Positions 12,903 to 25,857 are shown, counted from the first letter of the whole stretch. The stretch is DNA of 63,606 nt, filler included, from Globobulimina sp. (GCA_003354225.1; 45 parts of 45 records of this genome joined end to end with filler, not necessarily neighbours in it), one strand, 5' to 3'. Notes: a model not told the origin generated them from the sequence alone. Numbers and translations: made by a program.

Positions 12903-14067
12903 GGAGCACCAGTGAGCTTATACGATGAGTTAGACATTCCATCCAATAACGCCCCGCCCATCAAACTCAACAATACGCCGCCAAATATCCCCACGACCAC
13001 CACCACCTCCACCTATCCCCAAACCGCAGCCATACCGCCATCCATCATCGCGCCGCCCATAACCAACCCGAACAACAAAGCATTGCCCTCCATTCTCCCC
13101 CAAATACTAAACCGCAACACCTATCCACCCGTCAACGACCATATCGATCCTTCATTGACCGGCGTACCGTTACAACACTTAGCTACCTATCAATCGCACG
13201 TATTGTACGTCGGTGGCATCTCGTGGTGGGTCACGGATGCCGACATTCGACGCACTTTTGACCAATTTGGAACTATAATCGATGTATGTCTGAGCTGCAC
13301 TCATTTCCCTTCGGTGCAAGGATTAAAAAAATGCGTTTTTGTGTTGTTTTTTAGGTGAAAATCCATGCGGATAAAGTCAACGGCAAATCGAAAGGTTACG
13401 GCTATGTGGAATTCGATGCGCGCGAATTGGACGCCGCCGTCATTGCGAAAGAGAAGTTGCACGGTCATATATTATGCGATTGCCGTATCAGCGTCGCCTT
13501 TGCCTCCGGCGAGCGGGTCAAAGGCGCAGAATACACCAATACGCCCGTTCACATCCCGCGGCACAAAATGAACCCAATGAACCCTACGCACCCCCATACC
13601 CATAATGCGTCCGCCTTATTGCCCAAAATCAACCCATCATTAATCCGCAGCCATCCCCATCCCCACAGCCATGCCCATACCGCCACCGTCATACCGACCC
13701 ACACTCATTCCCATCCTCACAACGTCTTAGCGGCGATCAGCAACGCTCGGAATCGCAACATCGGTGTAAATAACACCAACAATGTATCCATTTTGAGCCA
13801 GAATAACAAGAATATAGCACATACGAACAACAGCAATGCCAATCCCAATGCGAATAATAGCAATGTAGGCGGCGGCAATACCATTGGTTTACTGAGCAAA
13901 TTTACAGACCAGGCCCAGTTATTGGCGCTGTTGAATAAGACGCAAAAGAATCGGAGCTCGTCGCGTAGTGTCACCGGCAGCCGGTCGAGGAGTCGAAGTA
14001 GATCGCGATCGAAGCATTCGCGGAGGCGGAGGCATGGCAATTCGCGCAAGAAACCACGGCATGAGCA
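12903..14067 (+). CDS. RRM + RS-domain protein, CPSF6/CPSF7 (CFIm68)-like, intron 13284-13354
   Basis: LYVGGISWWVTDADI...|VKIHADKVNGKSKGYGYVEF RRM split by a 71-bp intron; Pro/His-rich linker; RSRSRS tail. Confidence 0.75.
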
Positions 14068-14496
14068 NNNNNNNNNNNNNNNNNNNNNNNNNNNNNNNNN
14101 NNNNNNNNNNNTTAATTAATTAANNNNNNNNNNNNNNNNNNNNNNNNNNNNNNNNNNNNNNNNNNNNTATGTTATGGGAATGTTTCATGGATTTTAAATG
14201 TAAAAAGTGATCCAAGCACATATTGACGGCTTTATCAATATCGAGTTGTGTGCTGTTCACCGCATATCCGCTCTGTTTGAAATATGACAAAACCACTTTA
14301 ATTGCTGTAGCAGGGAATCCTCCATTATGTAAACTATCAATGACTGCATTTTCTTGATATATTTGAAACAAAACTGTTTTGAATGCCATTAAATAGCTAC
14401 AATTTGATAAGTCATCGACACAGTGATACATTGCTGCGGAGTTATTTGATTTGGACTTTCCAGTTTTGTTAGTTATGTGGACAAAGATACTGTTTA

Positions 14497-14895
14497 TCAC
14501 ATACCATGTTGTTCTGAGTCAGAGAACCCGTACAATGCAACATCATATTCATCATTAAGTATCAACCACTCATCAAGCTTTACACGAATTAGATTGAGTT
14601 CATACCATTTGTTCTTGTTCCAAATCAATAAATTATTTGTTTGTGTGTTTTCTTCAAATCCTGCCATCGTTAATATATCCCAAGTGGCTGCATGATCGCG
14701 CTTCATCCACGTTATATCAACTTTCATTTGCTGGGCTGGTGCATATTCTGGACGCCCATGGATAGCACCAAACTGACGCCATAGCCTTCTAATATTAATA
14801 TATGCATCTTCAGTTTCAAAAAGCACATTCAATTGCTCTTGAATTAAATGCATCACTGGATCTTCTTGTGTGTGTTGTGTGATTCCGCAGCCCAT
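14497..14895 (-). CDS. Hypothetical protein with PUB-like motif
   Basis: WDILTMAGFEE resembles the PUB-domain L..GF motif; MGC N-terminus suggests lipid anchoring. Confidence 0.35.
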   Translation of the reverse strand: MGCGITQHTQEDPVMHLIQEQLNVLFETEDAYINIRRLWRQFGAIHGRPEYAPAQQMKVDITWMKRDHAATWDILTMAGFEENTQTNNLLIWNKNKWYELNLIRVKLDEWLILNDEYDVALYGFSDSEQHGM

Positions 14896-15583
14896 GAAAT
14901 GAATTTAAGCTAAAAGTTTTTTAGACGTGAAATTACACTCAAATTGCCATTGGAAAACGTGAAATTTACAATTATCATTACCAAGCATGTAACGCCTGTC
15001 TCCTTAATCGTTTTTTTCTCGATTTCGCAATGATTTTGTTTTGTTTCCGAGCATTATATCTCTTTGCTTTTGTATGTTTTGCATATTTCCTCCGACGACG
15101 TTTTTTCCTGGCTTTAATATTTTTTATTTTCATAACCAAACCACGTGATTTTTGAAAATGTTCATAAATGATTTTCTTTATTTGTTCACTGTTATTTTTA
15201 TCGAAAAATTTATGTTGAACTTTTTCCTTTAATTTTAATAAATGTTTTTTCTCGATTTCATTGACTAAACCTAATAAGTCATCAAATTGCAAGAAACCTG
15301 ACTCTTTGGACTTGTTTTTAGTTGTTTTGGGGGGATTTGTCCGGCCGCGTTTTTTTAATAAAGACAATGGATCCGTCGGTTTTGTATCCAATGCTAATGA
15401 ATTAAAATGTAATTTCAATGCATGAGTTTCTTTACGTTTTTTGGGTGTATTTGATTGTCCACCTCCTTTTAAAAGCAATTTTTNNNNNNNNNNNNNNNNN
15501 NNNNNNNNNNNNNNNNNNNNNNNNNNNTTAATTAATTAANNNNNNNNNNNNNNNNNNNNNNNNNNNNNNNNNNNNNNNNNNNN

Positions 15584-16899
15584 AGGCACATCCCGTGGTA
15601 GTATTACTGCCTCTTTTTGTTTTTTAGGGGATATATAATCATCATAATTCTCAAAGATAACCATCTCGTCTTCTTCCTCCACCTCCTCCTCCTCAACCAT
15701 AGCAAACCCCTTATCGTGTTCGTCAGTGTCTGCTACTGACGGACCTAAATAAGGCGTAATGGGAACATGCGCAGATTTATTCGACTGTGGCGTAATGGGC
15801 ACCGAGGGCTGTCTGGGCACCGTCAATTTGGGCGTATTCTGACGATTAAGTGCGGCAACATCGCTTGTAATCGTCGCAGTGGATTTACGCGCAGTGCTCG
15901 AGCCCAACGTAGTGGCGGCACTGCCGACGGTAGCAAGTGTGCCATCGGTGGCGGTATTTGTAAGTGTCTGTGTCTGTGTCGTTGTACGTGTACGTTTTTC
16001 CTTTTTATTCATGATATCGTCCATCCGTTCTTGTTGCTTATTCATTAAATAAATCAAGTTCCGCATAGCAGAGCGCAAACCAAACGGTATATTTATTTCA
16101 TACTCGCAATGCTCTGCGATATATTTGTCGTTAAGTTTGCGTATTTTATCAAACCAACTCAACGTTTGGTCCTTGTTGATAGAGGAAAGGGGCACACATT
16201 CAGCGAAGTTAATGTGTAGAGCTTTGATGTCATACTCGAGCCAGTCCCGTTGGGTGATATTGTATAACCACTGCACCAATTCAATGAAAGACAGCACGTT
16301 TTCAATGCTGAACTCAGCCTGCAAATGTTCCATAAATCCGGACAGCGCCAAATCGTTATTCAAGATGACACGAAATAGGCGGTGTGGTGAGATGTAATTA
16401 TGTGTTTTGTTGTTGCCGATGGAAGGTGTGGTTCTGTGTATTTTTAAATGGAAACTCGAAGAGCTGGGCTTGAGGCTATATTGCGGGGAGTGGCCATATG
16501 GCGAATGCTTGGAATTGAATGGTATTTCGTCGATGATGATGTCATTGATTTTGAACTTGTAAATGACCCAAAACGTGCTGGTGAATGGAATGGAGATGTT
16601 ATACATTGTTAAGCAGATATTGTTGGAGATAAATAAGTGTGCATAGACTGCATAGGTTGGTATGGCAGAGATGGAATACACAACGATGCACAGGATATTT
16701 ATGTATATAATTAAAGTGATTTCCTTGCGGATGAAAAACTGGTCGTTGAATGCCGGGATTTTGCATAATATGATGGTGAAATTGAAGGCGGTGATGAGAT
16801 GTAAGATGATTGAGGTTGATAATTGCACGAAAAAATAACTATTGGTCGATATGCCGATGGCGATAATGGTCAATGATAAGATGATAAATAGTATGGATG
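15584..16899 (-). CDS. Transmembrane RGS-domain protein (7TM-RGS-like), partial
   Basis: TM helices followed by FMEHLQAEFSIENVLSFIEL...KYIAEHCEYEINI (RGS signature). Confidence 0.8.
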
Positions 16900-17010
16900 N
16901 NNNNNNNNNNNNNNNNNNNNNNNNNNNNNNNNNNNNNNNNNNNTTAATTAATTAANNNNNNNNNNNNNNNNNNNNNNNNNNNNNNNNNNNNNNNNNNNNA
17001 TCAAATGGTT

Positions 17011-17424
17011 TTATTTCCGGATCAAAACCACGTTTAAATTCATTAAAATTGGCTGTTTATATGCTTTACATTTTTCATTATAACACTTGCCGCAATACAT
17101 TAATCCCGGAGATAACGAAGAAAAATAATATTTGTTACTGTATCCAGCATAACTTGTTTTCGCCCAATCAACATCTGGACATTCAAAAGTCGGTCTGCAC
17201 ATTCCTGGTACTCCAGTTGCCATTGGGTTAAACAAAACGACATCGATATCCAAATCTGCACCGAAACCTAATTCATTGTCCTTCATTTGTTGATCTAATT
17301 CTGCTGCGGCATCGGCTAATTCAGTAATTTTTTTTTTCTTGCTCCAATGTCTGTATATTAGTAATGTAATTATGACCACCACAATTAGTGTTGGAATCAA
17401 CCACCAAAGAAACGCAAGTGCCAT
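17011..17424 (-). CDS. Small single-pass membrane protein
   Basis: N-terminal hydrophobic helix followed by a basic stop-transfer segment. Confidence 0.4.
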   Translation of the reverse strand: MALAFLWWLIPTLIVVVIITLLIYRHWSKKKKITELADAAAELDQQMKDNELGFGADLDIDVVLFNPMATGVPGMCRPTFECPDVDWAKTSYAGYSNKYYFSSLSPGLMYCGKCYNEKCKAYKQPILMNLNVVLIRK

Positions 17425-17513
17425 GCTACCAATATGTGACAGTCTGACGCTGAAAACCGGATGCTCTTATTACAAATATACAAAAAACAAATTACTTTGC
17501 AAAAAATATAAGT

Positions 17514-18315
17514 TTACAAAATCGTTAGACCTTCATATTTTACATTTCCTTTAAAAGGGAAATCCTCAACAAACACATTCCCACTAATATCAAATATACA
17601 GAGCCAAGAATGTTTCCCTCCATCAGCTGTCTCCAATGTACGGACAGCTACAATTACATTCTCATTTGTGTCTGGCACAAATTGAGCGCATGAAATTCCC
17701 TTTGCGCCAGCACTCGAATAATATAATGACTTTGAAACACCATTTTGTATATTTTTCACCTTATTTTTATCGCATTGCTTTATTGTTAATATACCCACAG
17801 TCTTAGCACCATTCCAATCGCATCCATCATACATTCTATTCTTGTCAGCTCCCAATAAATCATAATTTGAATATAAACTGTTTACATATTGAATATTATT
17901 ATCTTTTGGTTTTGAGAATTTAATATCAACACATTTAATGTCATCAAAATTATCATCTGCAATTAACAACAAATTACAACCATAATTACCAAATAATGCA
18001 TCATAGGGAGCGTTGATACAAACATATCTTGGCGGAATAAACCATTTCTTATGTATTTCACTCCAAATACATGCTTCAATATGGAGCCATCCTGGAAACA
18101 CCGCACCCACCGCATACGATAATTTATTATAATTTCCTGTCCAATTCACGGTTTTTACATTTCCCTTCTCATCATATTCAACAATCCAATTGCGACCCTC
18201 TGCGCATATTTTTCCATTCTTGAACCAATTTCGTTTTTCTACCATATTTGAACCAATAATTAATGACTCAACGCCATCCACATCTTTTTTTCGTGTCATC
18301 CATTCAATTTTTAAT
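17514..18315 (-). CDS. Apyrase / calcium-activated nucleotidase (CANT1/Cimex family), 5'-partial
   Basis: GWLHIEACIWSEIHKKWFIPPR, GCNLLLIADDNF, KGISCAQFVPDT..VIVAVRT.E, C-terminal KYEGL. Confidence 0.8.
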
Positions 18316-18417
18316 NNNNNNNNNNNNNNNNNNNNNNNNNNNNNNNNNNNNNNNNNNNNTTAATTAATTAANNNNNNNNNNNNNNNNNNNNNNNNNNNNN
18401 NNNNNNNNNNNNNNNGA

Positions 18418-19023
18418 CAACCTCAACATAAAAGGAGGCGATTAAATCCTCGCAATGGTAATGATAATTCTAATAATAAAGATAGGACATGGTTGCGGCG
18501 GTACATCGCTGAGCATTTACAAGAACCTCAGCCACAGCCACAACAACAATATGTTGCACCTCCACCGCCACCACCCGCTCAACAACCTCAACCTCAGCCG
18601 CAGCCTCAGCCTCAGCCTCAGCCTCAACCACCCGCACCCGCACGCGCATCAACACGATTTACTGTGGTCCCGCAGCAAACACCTGTCGTCGATGGAAAAG
18701 AGATGAAGAAATATAACATAGTGCTTTTCTATGCCAACAATGAGTTCAGAGTGCATTCGGCACAAATATGGATTCGGCATATGGGGCGGGCAGGTATTAA
18801 TAATCCGCATATTGAGTTGGTCAAAGCGGTGACCGAGGCATTTCATCCAGTTTGGACGAGACCACGCCCAGTGGTGCAAATGTCATGTAATTATTACCGC
18901 GATGAGACCACACAGCAATTAAACTTACGAATTAGAATTCTTCGCGGTTTGGTTGTTGATGAGGCAGTCATGGCAAGAATGACTGTCATTTTACAATCCA
19001 TCATCAAAGGTGAACGCGTATAA
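18418..19023 (+). CDS. Hypothetical protein with PQ-repeat tract, 5'-partial
   Basis: Frame open from the contig start; (PQ)n encoded by CCTCAG-type repeats at about 18580-18630. Confidence 0.5.
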   Translation, partial: QPQHKRRRLNPRNGNDNSNNKDRTWLRRYIAEHLQEPQPQPQQQYVAPPPPPPAQQPQPQPQPQPQPQPQPPAPARASTRFTVVPQQTPVVDGKEMKKYNIVLFYANNEFRVHSAQIWIRHMGRAGINNPHIELVKAVTEAFHPVWTRPRPVVQMSCNYYRDETTQQLNLRIRILRGLVVDEAVMARMTVILQSIIKGERV

Positions 19024-20241
19024 TATACCTATATATATAACTGCATGTAATCAACCATTCGTTTTATTTTTATGTAATGTATTATAAAACTATACCCATA
19101 TTATTATTAGCTGACACATGGAACGATTTGCGTAATTTTGAACGATTTGCGTAATCCAGTCGTATGTTTTTTTCTTATTCTGTTGTGTAATATGAATTGA
19201 ATTATTTGTATACAGAAAAGTGTAAAATATGTAAAGTATAATGCATAATCGATTTGCGGCATTTGTTGAGTCATACATTGCATCGTATTCTGACACTGAT
19301 ACAATATATTACAATATTTAGATTTGACAATGGCATTATGGCACCATGTACAATGCACTGCTGCCATACTCGTAGAAGGTCGTAATATGAGCTGCAGATT
19401 CGACGCATATGTAATACAAACATAAAAATAACGATCGAATGGTTTGATGACGGTAAATTGCGAATGATTCACCCATCGATGATATATTGCTACGACACGT
19501 TATATGAACGAACAATGGAACGTTATTGCTAAATATAGCACATAAAATAATGTTTTTTGGTTATGTGCATCGTGGATTCTTTGGGGCCGTAGAGATTTAT
19601 CTCAATTATCGATTGAATCCATTGTGGTATCGAGCAATTTTGTCGTGGTCTAATTCCGAATTATTATGTTCCAGACATTTATTTATTGAATTTGTTTGGT
19701 GCTGACGTATATGTTTAGTACCATTGTGAATNNNNNNNNNNNNNNNNNNNNNNNNNNNNNNNNNNNNNNNNNNNNTTAATTAATTAANNNNNNNNNNNNN
19801 NNNNNNNNNNNNNNNNNNNNNNNNNNNNNNNAAAATGATAATAATAATCATAAAGTTAATGTGCTATGGAAAGAAATTAAATCAAAAGATGGTGATCATA
19901 AAGAATTTGATGGAACGGAAAATGAGAATGAATGGACAAACCAAGAGATTAATTATAAATTAATCTCATTTCAAGATATTAATGAATCACGAATAAATGT
20001 GAAAAATAAAAATGCAACATTTGCATTTAAAATGCGATATTATAATTATAATGATAATAAATGGTCAAATTATTCAAATATTATGTCTGTGAAAGTGGAA
20101 TATAGAATTTTATGGAAAATCATTTTGCCTTTTATTGTTTTGTTTATTTTGTTTTGTTTCATTTTTTAGAGCTACTAATTGTATTTAGAATTTGTTTTTA
20201 TGATTAATACTGCAATAATATTAATTTATGTGATGTAAACA

Positions 20242-21147
20242 TTAAAATGAGTCAAACGAAAAACTAAAGGTTGGCTCACATATCTTGGGATCGCATTTCT
20301 CATAAACATACAATACTTGTTTCCCAATATCAAATATGCCCGTTGCGAGAGTATGAGAATTATAGATTGGATATTGTGCATCTTTTGTGTCACCTAAAAT
20401 ATTCTCAATATCTTGCTCTGCAGTTACCCCATTTTGAAGAATTAACTGTTGAGTGCGATTAAGTCGATGGACAGAGGACTCATCCACTACTTGCTGTATA
20501 TTGTCACGTAAATACATATTAAAATGGTAACCATATGCTTCAGCTTGATCAGCACCATAATATTCCACAGAAACATCTTTTTTACTTATTTCAATATTGG
20601 CCATCACAATTTGTCCATTCTCATCCATATATCCCACATTCAACGAAGCCCCATAAGCAATCGCAGCACCATTTGTATAATTTCTTTTTATATTATAAAT
20701 ACAACGCATTTAAGTGAATTATACTTAGCAAAAAATGGATAGTAATTCAGTTAAATGTTCTAAGATAAAATCCAAATAAATAAACCTATATAACACAAAT
20801 CTATCGCATGTGGATTTAAATGGATTTATATGATTTAAGATTTATTTGTATCTAACTTTACTATGTCCACTGCATCAGAAACACTTTTTGCATCCAATAC
20901 TGCTCTGCATACTAAATATGTTCCTCTCGCCTGTATAGTCACAGCGTCTGAGCCTGACGGATTAACCGAATTCATTGATACAGCCACTCCATATTTATTT
21001 ACACCAAAAGCATGGCCAACCACCGAACCGGGATATTGAAACACAAAAAATTGATTTGCATATTGTGCAAAATAGCCGTAATCTAAAGTGCCATTCCAAC
21101 CATCCTCATTATGCCCAATGCCTGAAAACGTTTCTTTGTTTAATAAT
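20242..21147 (-). CDS. Peptidase C45 family (Tan/IAT-like Ntn hydrolase), partial, spliced
   Basis: GHNEDG, YPGSVVGHAFGVNKYG..SMN, RAVLDAKS; downstream exon with GASLNVG, YHFNMY, SSVHR, ILGD...YPIY, TLATGIFD. Confidence 0.75.
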
Positions 21148-21627
21148 NNNNNNNNNNNNNNNNNNNNNNNNNNNNNNNNNNNNNNNNNNNNTTAATTAAT
21201 TAANNNNNNNNNNNNNNNNNNNNNNNNNNNNNNNNNNNNNNNNNNNNATACCGAAATAACACACATTAAAAATCCGGTAATATTGTATAGTATAATATTG
21301 TCTAACACTCTCTGTGGCAGTCGCACAATACACACACATTCAAAACACAATTCAAAACATATTAATATTCGGAATTTTTGCATTGTTCAACAGCTTAATT
21401 TTGAATATTTCCATATAATATAAAACTTTATAGGAAAATTTGTGAAAATATAACGTAAAAATTAATGAAAATATTCATATTTGTAAGCACTGCAAACAAT
21501 TTTATAGTTTGGCCGCATCAAAAAAAAATTATACAAAGTAAATATAAAAAAAGAAAATATATATAATTATAAGATAAAATAATTTCAAAGCAATTAACGT
21601 GATATATTTTAATTTAATTTCCTTTGT

Positions 21628-22445
21628 TTATTTGCTGATAACATTCACATTCAAATCATTTGTATTTGAAGTCAATGGTATACCATGTATCTGGCCTCGA
21701 TAATGTTTAACTTCTTCGCGATGATAATCGATAATAACCGCCTGCATACATTCACAATTGGTACATGAAATTATGTCAAATATTTGACTAAAACACGTCT
21801 CCACATATAATATTTCATTAAGCATATCAGCCAAATTTGGTGTCATCTTCAATTTAATCATATGATGAATGGGAGAATAGGTTGTTAATGAATTAATCGC
21901 TTGTTTCACAGCATGGTGATCCGTCCTATGTGGTATTGGTATTTTGATGTGTACAGAAACAATGGGGACAGGACAGTCAAACATACCATTGGTCACCAAC
22001 AGAGATAATATGTTTATATGATGATTTGGTTTTATCTCCGTTTAAAATCCAACTAAAACAAAACTGTTTCCATAGTGTTGGCGTTGAATGTACATTTGCC
22101 TCAAAATGTGCATTGTTTGCATACATGGTTTGTGCGGATTGCATGGTAATGTTATTTTCGTGCAATAATGTTTTAATATCTTTATATACGGCGCTTATAC
22201 AGGCGGCAAAACATAAACTGTCCGCAACCCAACCTTCCAATGAATTGGTGACAATGTAAATGTTATCACATCCATATTTGTCAATTAATTGGGTCAATAA
22301 ATTTAATGTGCTACTTCCTAATTTGTCTAATAATCTAATGTCAGCATCACAAACCAATGCGAAACCGTTTCTGTCTCTGTTCTTCAATATTTCCACAATC
22401 ACCGTTGTTGGAAATAGGGTATCATCTATAAATATTTTGTCAATG
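21628..22445 (-). CDS. HAD-superfamily-like protist protein, intron 21926-21986
   Basis: IDDTLFPT, IVTNSLEGWV, SAQ, WK, ISVGDQW motifs; 61-bp GTATGT...CATAG intron restores the frame. Confidence 0.65.
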
Positions 22446-22663
22446 TTTTTTATATATATATTTCAGCAGAAACAAACACAAAAAAACAAATTAATGTACC
22501 CCAATCCATTAAGATTAATTTATCATCATTTCCGTGGTGACATTCTCTCGGCGAGACAGCAGANNNNNNNNNNNNNNNNNNNNNNNNNNNNNNNNNNNNN
22601 NNNNNNNTTAATTAATTAANNNNNNNNNNNNNNNNNNNNNNNNNNNNNNNNNNNNNNNNNNNN

Positions 22664-23655
22664 TTTGTCATACTTATTTCCATACGGCAATCTATTCATT
22701 GTTTGATGTTCATCCATGTTCCTAAACGCAACAGATCCGATAATAGATCTTGTATCTGTTTTAATACCTCTTTTTCCATCGACTTTACTTTGATTTACCA
22801 CATCTTGTTTGAAATGATCATAATACTTTAAATCCGGCAGCCATTTCTGTATCTCTGTCTTCTTTTTCATTTTTTCAAATGTCATCCGCTGTTGGCACGG
22901 ACCAAATACGTTTCCAACGGCTTTTGCGATTGTTTCAGCATAACCTTCATATTCCTGGTGATGCCATGCAACGTCAAGCAATACCTTAATATTTCCAAAA
23001 TCCGTATGATTTGTTGTGAATAATACTTTATGTACCATCTCTTCATTCGATAGGTGTTTATTTGCCACCCAAATCTTAAAATAACTATGTGCGAATAATA
23101 TTATTTCATTCTTAAATGCCACCAATGATATATTTTCAAATTGTTGCAATGCGCGCAAATCTGATGTTTGTAGGAAATTGTACAATTTTTTTATGTAATA
23201 ATCTTTAATCAATTTACCAATGAGCTTCTGTTTTATTAATTTGATTGTCTTTTCTTTTGAATTAATTGCCTTTTCAATGCTTTTAATTTTGTTCCATTCA
23301 TCAAAATCAAACACAGCCAACATATGAGAGGCTAATGTTTTTGAGTAAAATTGCTTAGAAAACAATCCATCCGTTTTATCAAATATGTGAAATAAAAATG
23401 CATCAATAACTGATGATATCCCTTGACAACAATTTACCCACACTTCTCTTTTTCGTGCTGGTGCGATATCTTCGTTTACGTTCTGATTATTGTTGCGTTT
23501 CTCTGCTTTCTTCGGTTTCGGGTGTCGTATGGATAGCATTTGTGTGATTAGTTTATTCTTATTTGCAGCATTCTGTTTTTTTGAGTGTATTATCGATATC
23601 GGTGGTTGCTCAGTGTTTGGGTTTGCTGAAGAAATGATGGCTGCATTGTTTGCTT
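22664..23655 (-). CDS. Hypothetical protein, possibly hAT-like transposase C-terminal region
   Basis: KVLLDVA...EGYAETIAKAV...QRMTFE...IQKWLP loosely follows the hAT dimerisation-domain pattern. Confidence 0.3.
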
Positions 23656-24186
23656 CTATTTCTGTGTAAATATTAAATAATAACAGTTTTGAATGTATAC
23701 AAACTATAACATGCACAAACAGATACAAATAATTAATCAAAATAAGGCAATGAACCAATACGAACGACAATAATTACATTAATATCGGCTGAATTATACG
23801 TGGATGGAATGGATACAATCAAATAATAATATCAATAATAACTATTATTAATGGCATTAAACGTCAATATTATTGATAATATTATCAATAATAACAATCA
23901 TTAATGGCATTATAAATAATATCATTATTATTTAATACAGTTATTAATGGGGAGGCGGCTCCGCCGCCTCCTCCCCATTNNNNNNNNNNNNNNNNNNNNN
24001 NNNNNNNNNNNNNNNNNNNNNNNTTAATTAATTAANNNNNNNNNNNNNNNNNNNNNNNNNNNNNNNNNNNNNNNNNNNNTGCTTCCAATTTACTTAGTTT
24101 TTTAGTGCTTCCTGTCGACGTCATTGTTCTTCTGCAGCCTACGATTTTCGTTAAAGTTTTACAAGTCACTTCAAAAAAAGTCAAAC

Positions 24187-25278
24187 ATGGCAGCTAATTC
24201 TACTTACTTGAGTTCGTTGAACAATTTAATCAGACAGGCACACACCGTCAATGATATTGTACCGTTGTTACGATTTGTTGACATGGAAATGATGCAAGAA
24301 TTCGTTAAACATCAAATCAAACAATTTGACGAAATTACAGCAAGAAGAGCATACTATGAATCAAGTTCCATAATGGAAATATTACCAACGGACGTAACAC
24401 AATATATTATGTCATTTACTTTTGATCCATTCGCAAAATGTGTGAATAAGGAATGGAATGAATGCGTAAATACAGCTGAAAAATTAAACGCCATGGAACG
24501 AGCAACATTGGTCAACAAACAAGAATTTAATCCAATGGTTCCTTATAACAATGCGGTGAATCATACGTGGATTATTCATCCAGAGCGAACCGTGTTGCTC
24601 GCACAAGAAACAGAACTTGGATATCAAGGGCCACTTCAATCTATTGCTGAAGCAGTGGGTCGTTGTCTAAATGGAGATAAATTGTTACTTTATGAAGGAA
24701 AATACGAATATGAAGCATCTATCGATAAAGATATTCAATTTATTGGTATTGAGCAGAATGTGTTAATATCCTCTGATGACTGCATGTATATTGGAGGTAC
24801 AAATGATAAAAAATGTAATGTGTATTTTGAAAATATTGAAATTGAAGCAGTATCAGGTAATACTGGAGAAAGTACAATCTATGTTTCCGATTGCAATTTA
24901 TGGATGAAAGACTGTCAAATTAATGGGAGAAATGATGTCGGAATTATCGTACGAGACACAGCTAATTTAATGGTAAAAAATTGTAAATTTTTTGCTAGAA
25001 TTTTGATGTCTCCATTACGATGTAATGTAACTGCCATTGGATGTACATTCTATGAAGCAATGTATGGTTGTTTTTTTGACGCCGGATGTATTGAAATTTT
25101 TGATAAGTATGGTGATTGTCGTACTGTCGATAAAAAATCTAAAACGTTTCCATTTTGCAGGTTAACGTGTATTGGTAATGTGTTTGGGGTACGAGTAAGA
25201 TATCCAATCACTGTTAGAGATACATATTATAATCATGCACAATTTAGAGATGAAATTAGGAATTATGTTGAGATATAA
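24187..25278 (+). CDS. F-box-like + right-handed beta-helix (pectin-lyase-fold) protein
   Basis: EILPTDVTQYIMSF...CVNKEWN (F-box-like); SIAEAV...GDKLLLYEGKY; repeated beta-helix strands. Confidence 0.65.
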   Translation: MAANSTYLSSLNNLIRQAHTVNDIVPLLRFVDMEMMQEFVKHQIKQFDEITARRAYYESSSIMEILPTDVTQYIMSFTFDPFAKCVNKEWNECVNTAEKLNAMERATLVNKQEFNPMVPYNNAVNHTWIIHPERTVLLAQETELGYQGPLQSIAEAVGRCLNGDKLLLYEGKYEYEASIDKDIQFIGIEQNVLISSDDCMYIGGTNDKKCNVYFENIEIEAVSGNTGESTIYVSDCNLWMKDCQINGRNDVGIIVRDTANLMVKNCKFFARILMSPLRCNVTAIGCTFYEAMYGCFFDAGCIEIFDKYGDCRTVDKKSKTFPFCRLTCIGNVFGVRVRYPITVRDTYYNHAQFRDEIRNYVEI

Positions 25279-25497
25279 TTTATCAAACGCAATTAAAGCG
25301 AATAAATTGGTTAATTCGCTTTTTTATTGTGAATCGCCAGATGAGTAAGATAACCATAGAAAGTAGAAACGATTCGACCACGTCATCCAATCTTTNNNNN
25401 NNNNNNNNNNNNNNNNNNNNNNNNNNNNNNNNNNNNNNNTTAATTAATTAANNNNNNNNNNNNNNNNNNNNNNNNNNNNNNNNNNNNNNNNNNNNTA

Positions 25498-25857
25498 TTT
25501 GCGGAGGGGACGCTGACAATCGCTTTTGTCCCTGTTTTTACCCAATACCTTGCGAATAAGGGAAAAGAGGAGGCTTTTCTCCTGGCAAGGTCTGCCATAC
25601 GATTTCTATCTGTTATGCTGGTTGTCTGTGTGATTCTGGGCGTGTTGTTTTCCCCATTATTAGTAAAGATGATAGCTTACGGATTTACAGATTCACCTGA
25701 AAAATATTCCCTCACGGTTTTTCTTACCCGTATAACCTTTCCGTATGTAATATTTATCAGCCTTGTTGCCCTTAGTATGGGGATTTTAAATACACTCGGT
25801 CATTTTGCCGCTCCGGCCCTTGCACCTGTTTTTCTAAATGTTGCCATGATTGGATAA
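25498..25857 (+). CDS. murJ: Bacterial lipid II flippase MurJ/MviN fragment (chimeric contig)
   Basis: FAEGTLTIAFVPVF...LTRITFPYVIFISLVALSMGILNTLGHFAAPALAPVFLN. Confidence 0.9.
   Translation, partial: FAEGTLTIAFVPVFTQYLANKGKEEAFLLARSAIRFLSVMLVVCVILGVLFSPLLVKMIAYGFTDSPEKYSLTVFLTRITFPYVIFISLVALSMGILNTLGHFAAPALAPVFLNVAMIG

Noticed and set aside
18530-18630. CCTCAG-type tandem repeat
   Set aside because: Ordinary coding low-complexity PQ tract
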